From contig JAQGDQ010000518.1 in NCBI GenBank assembly GCA_030141605.1, positions 62,001 to 126,000 on the forward strand: 64,000 nucleotides of DNA, written 5' to 3'. This stretch comes from Tubiluchus corallicola (lineage: Eukaryota; Animalia; Priapulida). The position numbers and the translations under genes are program-made. Below are positions 55,401-64,000 of this stretch, in pieces. Under the pieces are notes generated by a model, which was given only the letters and a program-made list of their open reading frames with translations, had not been told where the DNA came from and searched no databases. Every line of letters begins with the position of its first letter. The first letter of the stretch is position 1.

Positions 55401-57673
55401 TCTAAGCACCACCCTTGTTTGCAGAAGTAGCAAATATGAACAAGGAAGTTAGCAGAAATATACGTGCAGTGCTACAGTGGCAAAATAGTCATATACGTGA
55501 ATGATCTCCATAAAAACCTAGGCGATACTAAACATGAATGTTGAAACTATATTTTAACCTTTGCCTACTAAGACTGGGATTGCCTATTCATGTATTGTTG
55601 AATTTATTAAAGGTAGCCACTGTTGTTGGAATCTCTTCAGACAGCAGTAATCAACAAAAAAATGATTTGGCAAGCTGACAAAAATACCTTTCTTTCTATT
55701 TTTCCCACAAATCCCATGCGTAAGTAAAAATGCAGTATCAAATGGATGTATAAAGATGACTGGAAAACAGTAATATATGCCAAAGCAGATATAACAACGA
55801 ATAACAGTAAAACTGACATAATAAGCACATGATAATGACAAAAACAAAATTTTCATATCGATATGATAGGCCTAATCGATAATCACTATTATTGGATGTT
55901 GTTGGTGCGAATCATCATCGTTAACATCCATATTATAAGTCAAGTGCAGTAAATTAGCCTGAGTAAATGAATAAGAACAATCTCTTAGAGCTCTGTTTTA
56001 GATAGGTAAAAACTAAAAGAAGAACAAAAAAGCTGCTACTAATTAAAGAGATGATTCAAACTATTTGGTAAAACAGTATTACCCAACACTCCAATTGCTG
56101 CCCATCCGGCAATGAACAACAGGAACAGAAAGCAGCAAAGCACATCAGTACAGCCTCTACAAAACAAACACAAATGACTATGTAATTATAGGGGTATTAT
56201 AAATGGCACATGAAGGTTTCAAGCAAGTGTGCAAAACAAAATTTAATCAATCGCTGTTTTAAAATGCCTTGATCACATTTTACCTGTTATAGTTCATATA
56301 CAATTAGATTTTACTTGCCTACTGTACAGTACCAACGAGAAATCAAAATGCTCGAACAATCAGAGGCAGGATGAATCTAGCTAAGTCAGCAAAGTAGTCA
56401 CACCTTTATGACCCAAGTTAGGCATCACTGAAGTTGGTGAGTGAATGGACGAGCGACAACATTTAACAGTCACTCTAGGCCAATTTATTCTCAATATTCC
56501 CACTGTTTACCTTAAACAGGGAGAGCGTACATCAGAATGCGAATTAAATCTGTCACAGACTACATAGAATTTCTTCTGAAGAAACAATTAATTAACTGAA
56601 CTGCCCAAACAACTTCTCAGAATCTTAAAGAGTGTTTTTCAAGATTGCCTTGGTGTTATTTCAATTTTTTGAATAAAGTTATTTGTTGCACCCAGAGAAG
56701 ACATACAGTTCCATAGAATGAATGACAACAGTGAAAAACTTGCCTGTTTTTTATAGGTCCATTAAACGTTGGATCAAACTTCACTGGTTCACCTATATAA
56801 ACAGAGAGGAACTGTACTTACTCATTTTAATGTACAATCAAAATCACACCCGCATAAAATAGTTTTGTCATAAAGAGGCCACAATAACAGTAATAACCAG
56901 ACAAAACTCCAACTTTGTTCAGTACAAAGTATTGTGTCAATTTACATTGCATCTGCATTTGCAATTTACTTCTCCTCAAATGATTTCACATTGACAGAGA
57001 CAAGTTTAGCAGAAGCCACCAGCAGCAACTTACTTTGTATGCATTTGTTTTACTTTGACTTTTAGAATATTATAGCTGCTTATATTCACACAATAATAAA
57101 GCAACACACTAAATTCTGTTTTTGCCTACAAAGTATAAACAAATTTATTAGAAATCAAAGAACTGCACAGACGAATATTGATGTATTAATAGAAAGGCAT
57201 CTGTAACATTGTAGGTGTTTTGCGTTGTAAAATTTAGTTAAACTACAAAACGTGCACCAAAAGTTGTTCAAGGTGGGACGTTCAATTGGTCACCTTCAGA
57301 TAAAAAAACAACTGATTTAGTAGTATAATTTGCAAAAACATAACCATGCCTATCTGCTCTTGAACCTACTCGTGCTCTTTAACAAAATTAATCATACATT
57401 ATTAGCAACGAGTGAGTTCATTCAGCAGGATATGTAGCATTAGTGACAAAGCAGAGGTGATTTAAACTAGACTAAAACAATGTTTCAGAGAGTACTGACT
57501 AGACCGCACAGTCCGCACACTAATGAACAGACACATGTAACAGGCATACTCAACATCCTTCCTAGTTTCTATTAGTCATCAGCAATACAAATAGCTTCCC
57601 ATAGATGTAGCTACATCTAGAAAATACCTTTCGAAGAAACCCACCCACACATATACACAGTATTACACACACG

Positions 57674-57732
<59 letters not shown>

Positions 57733-58279
57733 CATAGGTAATTTTCTTTGATAATAGAAATTAGAAACAAAATTACACAGTTTCTGGTTCTAGATTTTAA
57801 AACATAGCTTTAAGTCAGTCTCATTAAAGCTTCTAAGAATTACAATTTTAGTTTTGAATGTCTTAATTTAGCATGTAGAAGTTCTATTTGATGGTTATCT
57901 CCAGCTATGAATCCTGTGATTGCAATAAATGTTTTTAAATGCATGTATGAGTCCTGCTCAGTATGCACTCTTATTGGATGATATGACATAAATCCAGTAT
58001 TGCCAATAACAATAACATCAGCATGCTAACTCTTGCCTCAAAAGCTTTTGAGACGACAAACAACAAAATTTGGTCCTTTTCTTCACAATGTGACAAGTGA
58101 CAAAGAATAAATTTTATATCACCAAAAAGCAAAATAATCTTGTGTTAGCAAGAAAAGGACCGACTCGGCTCGAAGTATTAAAACCTTTTATTCTACATTG
58201 GCAGATCAGAGCTCTTACCATATTTATCTTCTGACTCATCTTCCAAATTCTCCACTTCATTTTCATGCTTTTTTGGCAT
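27880..58279 (-). CDS. SLC44A2: Choline transporter-like protein, CTL2/4/5 group (whole CDS span; 22 coding exons; 718 aa with exon 20b, 719 aa with exon 20a)
   Basis: Spliced translation carries family motifs: [131 protein letters not shown]. Exon lengths sum to 2157 or 2160 nt with consistent phases. The symbol is approximate, since this is probably a co-ortholog of vertebrate SLC44A2/4/5. Confidence 0.95.
28355..28470. repeat. (TATG)n microsatellite
   Basis: Direct reading. Confidence 0.95.
28724..28808 (-). CDS. SLC44A2: CTL coding exon 21 ([28 protein letters not shown]); its first 53 nt are triplicated up to 28914
   Basis: VDTLFLCF motif; donor T|GTAAGT; the 5' boundary is ambiguous (see findings). 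Confidence 0.85.
28756..28921. repeat. Three tandem 53-bp copies covering the 5' half of coding exon 21 and its acceptor
   Basis: Copies at 28862-28914, 28809-28861 and 28756-28808; only two variable positions, both synonymous. Confidence 0.97.
28959..29379 (+). mobile_element. MITE family A relative (same ends, different interior), about 45 nt from the outermost exon 21 acceptor
   Basis: Ends similar to 576-1013 (ttgctgtag..caaaggttaagtg; cacttaacctttgaccttttca...aaaaggcttatt). Confidence 0.75.
30500..30790 (+). mobile_element. LINE (CR1/L2/Crack-like) reverse-transcriptase fragment joined to the element's 3' tail
   Basis: WFVSYL...[20 protein letters not shown]...FADDTTLF, then aataaag and a (tgaatt)n tail. 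Confidence 0.88.
30959..31059 (-). CDS. SLC44A2: CTL mutually exclusive exon 20b ([34 protein letters not shown])
   Basis: 101 nt, phase 1 to 0, ctttag acceptor and GTAAGT donor; P.LNY..P motif typical of the family. Confidence 0.9.
31235..31871. mobile_element. TIR element family C; inverted copy at 54612-55255
   Basis: TIR gtgtgcttgca / tgcaagcac; the ORFs at 31373 and 54911 are homologous only because of this repeat. Confidence 0.8.
32563..32948. mobile_element. Tc1/mariner-pogo-type MITE between exons 20a and 20b
   Basis: Perfect 19-bp TIR cactcatatctcggtttgc, flanked by TA on both sides. Confidence 0.88.
33282..33397 (-). promoter_or_regulatory. Intronic splicing-regulatory cluster: 3x UGCAUG (RBFOX) and 3x ACUAAY (QKI/STAR) downstream of exon 20a
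   Basis: Plus-strand catgca at 33282, 33301 and 33392; rttagt at 33291, 33317 and 33366. Confidence 0.75.
33408..33511 (-). CDS. SLC44A2: CTL mutually exclusive exon 20a ([35 protein letters not shown])
   Basis: 104 nt, phase 1 to 0, open frame, gatag acceptor and GTAAGT donor; same G..SF..F.G...P.L....P.I pattern as exon 20b. Confidence 0.85.
33575..34246. repeat. 25-bp minisatellite, about 27 copies
   Basis: Unit tgatttaygtaaacaatagttatgc. Confidence 0.96.
34602..34672 (-). CDS. SLC44A2: CTL coding exon 19 ([23 protein letters not shown])
   Basis: VLD.VTDFLLF.GK motif; phase-1 donor G|GTACGT. Confidence 0.94.
34718..35422. mobile_element. hAT-like MITE
   Basis: Ends caggtctgg / ccaggcctg, with subterminal gattac/gtaatc repeats. 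Confidence 0.65.
36046..36119 (-). CDS. SLC44A2: CTL coding exon 18 ([25 protein letters not shown])
   Basis: Hallmark motif; canonical splice sites. Confidence 0.95.
36594..37391 (-). mobile_element. Decayed Tc1/mariner transposon
   Basis: Transposase C-terminal remnant [17 protein letters not shown]...[13 protein letters not shown]; TIR-like caggtggtgcaaaaaaagt. Confidence 0.75.
37669..37867 (-). CDS. SLC44A2: CTL coding exon 17 ([66 protein letters not shown])
   Basis: Inside ORF 37588..37860; hallmark motif. Confidence 0.96.
38418..38594 (-). CDS. SLC44A2: CTL coding exon 16 ([59 protein letters not shown])
   Basis: Inside ORF 38363..38602; hallmark [10 protein letters not shown]. Confidence 0.96.
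38751..39469. mobile_element. piggyBac-like non-autonomous element
   Basis: ttaa|ctccttcagga ... tcctgaaggag|taaa. Confidence 0.65.
39507..39571 (-). CDS. SLC44A2: CTL coding exon 15 ([21 protein letters not shown])
   Basis: C.F..YGG motif; canonical splice sites. Confidence 0.9.
39712..40058 (-). mobile_element. MITE family A copy
   Basis: Reverse-complement similarity along most of 576-1013. Confidence 0.8.
40310..40391 (-). CDS. SLC44A2: CTL coding exon 14 ([27 protein letters not shown])
   Basis: FLASSG and CNP motifs; frame consistent across the U12 intron. Confidence 0.92.
40677..41356. mobile_element. Tigger/pogo-type MITE inside the U12 intron
   Basis: ta|cagtaagtccttgcttaacgac ... 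gttgttaagtgaggacttacta|ta. Confidence 0.8.
41471..42022. mobile_element. hAT-like MITE inside the U12 intron
   Basis: ctgggtttc / gaaaccctg ends; subterminal gtcgc/gcgac-like repeats. Confidence 0.6.
42223..42315 (-). CDS. SLC44A2: CTL coding exon 13 ([31 protein letters not shown]), followed by a U12 donor
   Basis: ttccag acceptor; donor GT|GTATCCTTG. Confidence 0.92.
43432..43531 (-). CDS. SLC44A2: CTL coding exon 12 ([34 protein letters not shown])
   Basis: RI..AI.LI.EASK motif. Confidence 0.93.
44099..44752. mobile_element. Kolobok-type non-autonomous DNA transposon, family B (complete)
   Basis: TTAA|AGGACAAGAAAA ... TTTTCTTGTCCT|TTAA, i.e. a TIR with TTAA target duplication and AG...CT termini. 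Confidence 0.85.
45173..45304 (-). CDS. SLC44A2: CTL coding exon 11 ([44 protein letters not shown])
   Basis: GFTTNL..Y...TWLA motif; inside ORF 45105..45410. Confidence 0.93.
46282..46394 (-). CDS. SLC44A2: CTL coding exon 10 ([37 protein letters not shown])
   Basis: Transmembrane segments; canonical splice sites. Confidence 0.92.
46911..46994 (-). CDS. SLC44A2: CTL coding exon 9 ([27 protein letters not shown])
   Basis: KIF.D...SW.I motif; canonical splice sites. Confidence 0.92.
47583..47720. repeat. Short tandem repeat of about 39 bp
   Basis: ttacatttggcaaacttattcatcaactttggtatcata repeated. Confidence 0.85.
48600..48747 (-). CDS. SLC44A2: CTL coding exon 8 ([49 protein letters not shown])
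   Basis: GRCIP motif; ttgcag acceptor, GTAAGT donor. Confidence 0.9.
49221..49893 (+). mobile_element. Helentron/DINE-1-like non-autonomous element
   Basis: aactagag start, aaggggcataa, (acag)n stretch, 3' hairpin tagttgccc...gggcaatta followed by an A-run. Confidence 0.5.
50910..50970 (-). CDS. SLC44A2: CTL coding exon 7 ([20 protein letters not shown])
   Basis: tttcag acceptor, GTAAGT donor; frame consistent. Confidence 0.9.
52215..52420. repeat. (GA)n microsatellite
   Basis: Direct reading. Confidence 0.95.
52584..52691 (-). CDS. SLC44A2: CTL coding exon 6 ([36 protein letters not shown])
   Basis: VC..CP motif; phase 0-0; donor AAG|GTGCTT. Confidence 0.85.
53686..53767 (-). CDS. SLC44A2: CTL coding exon 5 ([28 protein letters not shown])
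   Basis: CPTPQ motif; canonical splice sites. Confidence 0.93.
54426..54525 (-). CDS. SLC44A2: CTL coding exon 4 ([33 protein letters not shown])
   Basis: GDP..L.PTDS.G..CG motif; ttttcag acceptor, GTAAG donor. Confidence 0.93.
54612..55255. mobile_element. TIR element family C
   Basis: Inverted copy of 31235-31871; ends tgcaagcacactt|ttaa. Confidence 0.8.
56083..56156 (-). CDS. SLC44A2: CTL coding exon 3 ([25 protein letters not shown])
   Basis: Conserved CTDV-CC motif and TM1; AG/GT boundaries. Confidence 0.93.
56744..56792 (-). CDS. SLC44A2: CTL coding exon 2 ([17 protein letters not shown]), ends in a GC donor
   Basis: tatag acceptor; donor AG|GCAAGT; 49 nt. Confidence 0.9.
57664..57729. 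repeat. (CA)n microsatellite
   Basis: Direct reading. Confidence 0.95.
58219..58279 (-). CDS. SLC44A2: CTL coding exon 1 ([21 protein letters not shown]); the exon begins at 58305 after a ttgcag acceptor
   Basis: ATG at 58279 and donor G|GTAAGA, phase 1 matching the next exon. Confidence 0.8.
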
Positions 58280-58790
58280 GACTAGACGAAAATATCATAA
58301 GGCACCTGCAACAGCGGCAAATTTCTGCTGATAAACTTTCATTCTACTGATATGTAAGTATGAACATCTTTCACACTTCTTGAACTTTTATTAAAATATT
58401 GCATAATTTTATAATGCACGGAAATGGGCAACTGAAATGGAAATAGCTACGACAAATGGAATTGGCCCGATTTCCTACGTTTCTGCAAACTGAAAACATA
58501 ATAGAGACAGAATTTACTTAACGTGTTACTTTCTGACCTAAACAGTTTTTTCAGCCTTTCCCGGCTTTTTTTAGAAGTTCTCCCAAAAATTTTAATTTTT
58601 TTATGCAACTTGCTCACCCACTACGTCCTTTCCACCCTGTTTTTGCATCTGTGATGAGAAACACAGGAAATTCTTTAGCATGAGCTTATAATGAATAGCA
58701 ACACGTTTGTGGAAATGTTTCCCCTGTTCGCGCAAAACGCATACGTCCATGTCTTCGAAGTATTTGGTATTCATAATAAAATTCGTTTAA

Positions 58791-59590
58791 GGGTCATTCC
58801 ACCTCAAATCACACAATATTTTTTCTGATAAACACACTTACGTCACAGATTTTAACGCAAGTTTGGTGTGTTGGTTTGGCTTACGGAGAAATGCAAGAAT
58901 CCAAATTTTTAGCGAAATTGGGCCAACGGTTCAAAAGTTATGGCATTTTGAAAATCACCGAAAGGGCCAAAAAATCCCCAAAATCGACGTGACCTGCAAT
59001 TTTTAAACAATCATAACTCAAGCAGATTAAATCCAATTTTGATGGGAGTGGTATCATTTAAAAGAGAATTCAATAAGCTTTCAGAATCTGCAATAAAACT
59101 TCAGATAGGTGGTGTCTGAATTTGCATGAACTTGTGACCGTTACTTTGACCTTAAAAATGGTCTTGTGGGATAGAATTTGCTGGACCGAAACCTGACATT
59201 TGTGAATTCCTTGGTATCTGAGCCAGGTACTCTGTAAAAAGCTAAGGTGTTTTTTGCTTTGAACAATTTTTATAGGCATTTGACTTTAACAGTAGAAGCC
59301 TATGTAACACTCCACTATGTAACAGTACAACAGTAACACTCCAAACACCAAATATTGAACGGATGCATATGAAACATATGCACATACATACTATATGACA
59401 TATACATATATAATTTTGCGTGCGATATTAGTTTTCTAATGTTATGTGAAGCCAAACACAAATGCCTGATAAACTACATACTTAATTTATATAAGAAATT
59501 ACTTTTTATTTACAATCTGCCACACATAATTTGATGATATTAGTTATAGGACCATATTACTTTTAATTTCTGTAAGGTGGAATTGAAACA
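58791..59590. mobile_element. Probable PIF/Harbinger-like non-autonomous element
   Basis: taa|gggtcattccacct ... aggtggaattga; the right TIR is degenerate. Confidence 0.45.
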
Positions 59591-60094
59591 AAACTGACGA
59601 TTCTTTGGAACGGAATTTGGCTAATTTTGAAATGGAAAATCGGAGGCCTTACCTTTGTTATTGCCACGACTAGCTTAGTCCCCAAAATCACAAGATCGAT
59701 ATTATTTTGAAACTTGTCACTATAACATGATACATGATGCCCTATTCAATGTAACCACAAATGAGCAATAATGTGTATGTGTCAACATTTTCCTATGTGC
59801 CTCGCTCACGTAGAAACAAAATAGAAAAGATGGAGGGTGTGGCAACAATAAGCTAGAGCCCTAGTCTAGTGTTCTGCAATTTCTTAGTGCAAAATTGCAA
59901 ATAGGAGTGCCAGGTTTTTTTAAGTAAACCCACCAAACCTTGTACACCATTTTATTATTCTGGTAGTATCAGGTAGCTGTCAAAAGAAAACTTGCACCTC
60001 AATGAAAACAAGGCTATACTATGACAAGCACTGTATAATGAGCTTTCAAATCACCCTCAGTGTGCCACTGATGCTGTTTGATTCTCTATCTTAA

Positions 60095-60516
60095 GGCTGC
60101 TTAGACGATCAGTTTTTTCATCAAACTTTTTTATCAGTTTTAGTTTGACAAACTAGTCTGTTCGTATAAACAGCGAAACTGATAAACTTATAGATGGCAT
60201 CAACCAATCAAACAAAAACTGACAAACTTCTAACTTCGCTTAAAAACACTTTTATTAAAAACGATTTAAAAAACAGTAGCTTTTAACAAAATAAAGCAAC
60301 AAATTTCCTCGCCATAACTCTGGCGTTCTGCTACTCTGCACACTCCCTCTTTTTGCTCTCCTCTGCTACATCTTCATAATTTGCCCAACTAGTTCACTAA
60401 TTAAGCCATAATACATCTATGACTCAAGTACAGCTTAGTCAAGCGCAACATTGAGACTAAAGGTTTTATTTGTCAGTATTAGTTTGACAGTTTAAAAACT
60501 GATCGTGTAAATGGGC
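60095..60516. mobile_element. PIF/Harbinger-like MITE
   Basis: ggctgcttagacgatcagttttt / aaaaactgatcgtgtaaatgggcc, with ttaa-like flanks. Confidence 0.6.
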
Positions 60517-61122
60517 CATTAATCTTCACGAATTTATGAAATCTATATATTACCAAAACACAAAAGTGAAAAAATGAAAATGGCAGTTTTTCCTTTGCAT
60601 ACTCTGAATTAATATAAAATTGTTATTGACATGATATCAAACAAAGATTAATTTGATACTTAGCAGCGTGGCCAAAGACAAAACCAATCAAGTTCGTCAC
60701 ACATACATTACTTGCATATTTTAGGTTTGAACTATGACCTATGCCATAAAAAATGTAATCTAATAGTCGCTACTGTTTTATTATCAAGAAATGCAGACGA
60801 TTCCTAAAAAAAACTAGAAATGGATCACAGATATTGTAGCTTTAACAACACACAACAGTTAATTTTAGAGGTTAACTACGATTATATTCACGATTGCAAC
60901 ATATCTTACGCAAACCTCAGACTGGCAAGAAAGTAATAAGCTGCTAGCTACGCAAACAAACATAGATGTATTTATAAATTTATATTTTTATTCAATAAAA
61001 ATTAGTATGATCTAGTAAACAAGGTTGGAACGACGTAAAAGCTTGCGTCCAGCAATAACAGAAATCTTCTGTTTAGTGTTATATTGTCTCCAAAATATAT
61101 GCGAAGGGAATTCACTACGACT

Positions 61123-61224
61123 GCTTCCATGGTAACAACATTATCATAATGCGCAACACGTTGGTCAGAATTAATCTAAACTGAGGGTTGTGCGTTTATG
61201 GCAACAACATCGCTACCTAGCTAC
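61123..61224. promoter_or_regulatory. Putative promoter with RFX X-box-like motifs
   Basis: GCTTCCATGGTAAC at 61123-61136, ATGGCAAC half-site at 61198-61205, degenerate GCTACCTAGCTAC at 61212-61224; minus-strand donor GC|GTAAGA at 60909 just downstream. Confidence 0.45.
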
Positions 61225-61327
61225 TTCGAGCGCACTCAACTGTTCTGCATCAGTTTCGAGTAGTTGAGGTGCACTAAGTATTTTGCTGTGAATCGAGATC
61301 ACTGCATTTGGCAATTTCACTAGGCGG

Positions 61328-61755
61328 TAGGGGTGAGCATTCTCTACCAGAAAGCGAATTCGAATCGAACCGAATTTGTGACTTTCGAATTCGAATCGAA
61401 CCGAAGTTTAGTGTTTCGAATTCGAACCGAATTCGAATTGAGATTGAAAGATTTTCGAACTAGTTTTCGAACCACCAGTAAAAATTAGTCTTACAAAGAT
61501 CATGCATGTCACTAGATTTTGTTCTACAATAAAACGACTAGTAATTGGTATAAAATTGTGCACAGAAATCACAGCTAAATCACGCGAAATGCATGATGTT
61601 TTTATCGTTTTAGTGATGTGATCGAAGTGCTGAATTATTCGAATCTACAGTTTGGATTCGAATCGAGTTCGAACTAAAAAAACTCGTTCGAATCGAATTC
61701 GAGGGTTCGAATTCGATTCGAACGATCGAAATCGAACGTTCGATGCTCGTCCCTA
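61328..61755. mobile_element. hAT-like MITE with TCGAA subterminal arrays
   Basis: TIR taggggtgagcat / atgctcgtcccta; dense ttcgaa/tcgaat repeats at both ends; no intact target-site duplication. Confidence 0.75.
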
Positions 61756-64000
61756 CTGTTTAGGTCTGCATCAAGAGGTTATAGAAGTACATTTTTTCAC
61801 ATGGACAAACTAAATGTAACTAGATGCAAGCCTAACTGAGTGTTTAGTATAGTAATGGCTGCATGTGATACATAGGATCTATGTATGTAAATGTTTTAAT
61901 GCCTTTTCAACATGTTTACTTAAATTCGAAATTAGCATCAAAGCACTTGGGTTTAGATAACGTTTTATCAGCAGTATCTATGGGCGTGAACACTAGACAC
62001 CGTGATTCAAAGATTTCCGATCTTGCTCAGTAGTTTTGCTTGCCAGCAAGGGAAGCCGTGGCATAACAGCGTTTATTTTTTTGCTGGTTTAGTGTTGTAA
62101 TTACCTGTCTTGAGGGCAGCTTTCTTATTTTTGTATTTAGCCTGCAAATGTCTACGATAGACGTGTAATGATGAATGACATGGCGTAGTACTAACTATTA
62201 TGGATATGATTACATAGGTAGTAACATTAATTTCTATGATCATGGGATGATGATTTGTTCTGACCAGTTTTTCTTAACTTTTGGAAAACAATATGATTTT
62301 GCGGACAAAACTTTAGGTAAAATAGTGAGTGACATCTCACGTCATAATATTAAGTATATTCACGCTTGTCTATTTCTGCAAGAACTTGATTTGCGTGATT
62401 ATGTTCTTAATCTTAGTATTTGCACTCAAAATTTTGAAGTATGTTATATTGTCTCTTATAGCCGTGGATCTCAAGTGCTGAAATACGTATTAGAGAACAA
62501 AATCTGACTGAGCAAAAACTCTGAACTATGAAGCCCATTTCTTGAATTAAGTGTGAAATCGTTCAGCTTTGAAATAAGTTTGCTGGCAGGATAAAGTCCC
62601 TGTTGAACTGTTCCTACTAGTACAGTTTTTCTGAAAGCCATGTGAAGTCTACCCTAGAAACCTTATGCATAGTAAAGACTAGAAGTTTTTCTAGTAATGG
62701 CAAGTCTTAGATTACAACTAAATTTCAACAAATTATAATGCAACTTTAACAACAGCTTTCCACTTGTAACGTGCCGAGGGTTATTTGGTTTAAAACAAAA
62801 TAACTACTGCCACTATTGTAATGTTTTGTAACCGCTATTACATTCCTAATTTTTATATAATGATCAGGAAAATATACTACATGTATTTTCACGGGTTCGT
62901 CTGCTGTTTTTTTAAGGCTGTTTAGTTAAAAACAAAACAAGATGAAACATAAATTTTAAAGCTATAATTATTACAAAAGAAGAGTACAACAACAAGTCAA
63001 CAATAAGAGCTCAAAATTACTATTAGTGGCTTGCTGTGAAAGCCCCCAAGGAAAGAAGAGGATAGGAAAATGAATGCGCATAACTTATCTGAATGTTCAT
63101 GACGACGTTGTGCACAACTTGACGATCGTCCCACAATGACAACGCTGACGCCGGCAATCCTCCATGAGCCATAACAATGCAGATGACGACAGCTAATCCA
63201 CAGCATCCAGCAAGCCTCTTGTAGTCTACAACACGAACGTACCAACAGCTGACTGGAATGGAATAACATCACACTGCTGTGGCTTGACCAGTTCTTCAAA
63301 CCATGCAACAGCAACGAGACTGAGAAAGACAGGCTATACAACAGGAACACTGTCCTTTTGGCCAAAACAACACTTAGCTCAGCTCTCCATGGTAAAGAAG
63401 TTACACCACAGATCGTGTACCAGCCTTTCCAGACGAATGCCTTAACTACAGGTATACTGGAACATGCCCACTGGTCAGACCAACAACTAACATCTGTACC
63501 AGTGAAAGTATCAACTCAACTGTCCAGAACAGGTATTGCTTTTCCTGCATAAGCAAACGAAGCACTCCAACAGGTAAGTACAAACCATTTTAAGTGACAG
63601 GGGTGAGGAGATGATGAAATGAAAGAACACATACAGCAGTGCAAGCCAAGCAAGCCATTTACTATCAAAATTAGCAACACGCACCTCACACCACTGTATA
63701 AAGTAATGTCCACAACACTTAAACGAAAAAGTATGAACAAACGTAAGAACGTGTTCCACACAACTTTGTGCCACCCGCATCCAAGGAGTTAGCAAAATGG
63801 ATGCATGCAGAATGTAATATTTAATTGGACATCATTATAGACAGAGAGAGAGAGAGAGAGACAGAGATTTTTTGGTGCAAGACAAGTTTCCGTTGCCAAC
63901 CTCTGGACTAACAGTCCATGGTTATTCTGGTAATGTGGATGTCAAACTGTAACACGACTTTTAAATTACTAAAAACCAGCTATTTACATAACATATATTA

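Noticed and set aside
62990-63790. Coding-like composition, possibly a piggyBac remnant (EKDRLY)
   Set aside because: All frames are interrupted and the similarity is too weak to call without a search

Overview
AT-rich invertebrate animal genomic DNA, not prokaryotic. The right 60% holds one complete minus-strand gene for a choline transporter-like protein (SLC44A2/4/5, CTL2 group). I assembled it by hand from 22 coding exons (ATG 58279 to TAG 27880). All splice phases are consistent and the protein is about 718-719 aa. Its splicing is the notable part. (1) The first 53 nt of coding exon 21 are tandemly triplicated so that each unit reads GT...AG, a candidate intron gain or acceptor shift caught in progress. 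(2) Coding exon 20 exists as two mutually exclusive versions, with RBFOX (UGCAUG) and QKI (ACUAAY) motifs placed to activate one and repress the other. (3) There is a U12-type minor-spliceosome intron and (4) a GC-AG intron. The putative promoter carries RFX X-box-like motifs. The left 25 kb has no recognisable intact protein-coding gene. It contains a decayed LINE, tRNA-derived SINEs, MITEs and mini/microsatellites. All calls were made by eye, with no database search or expression data.
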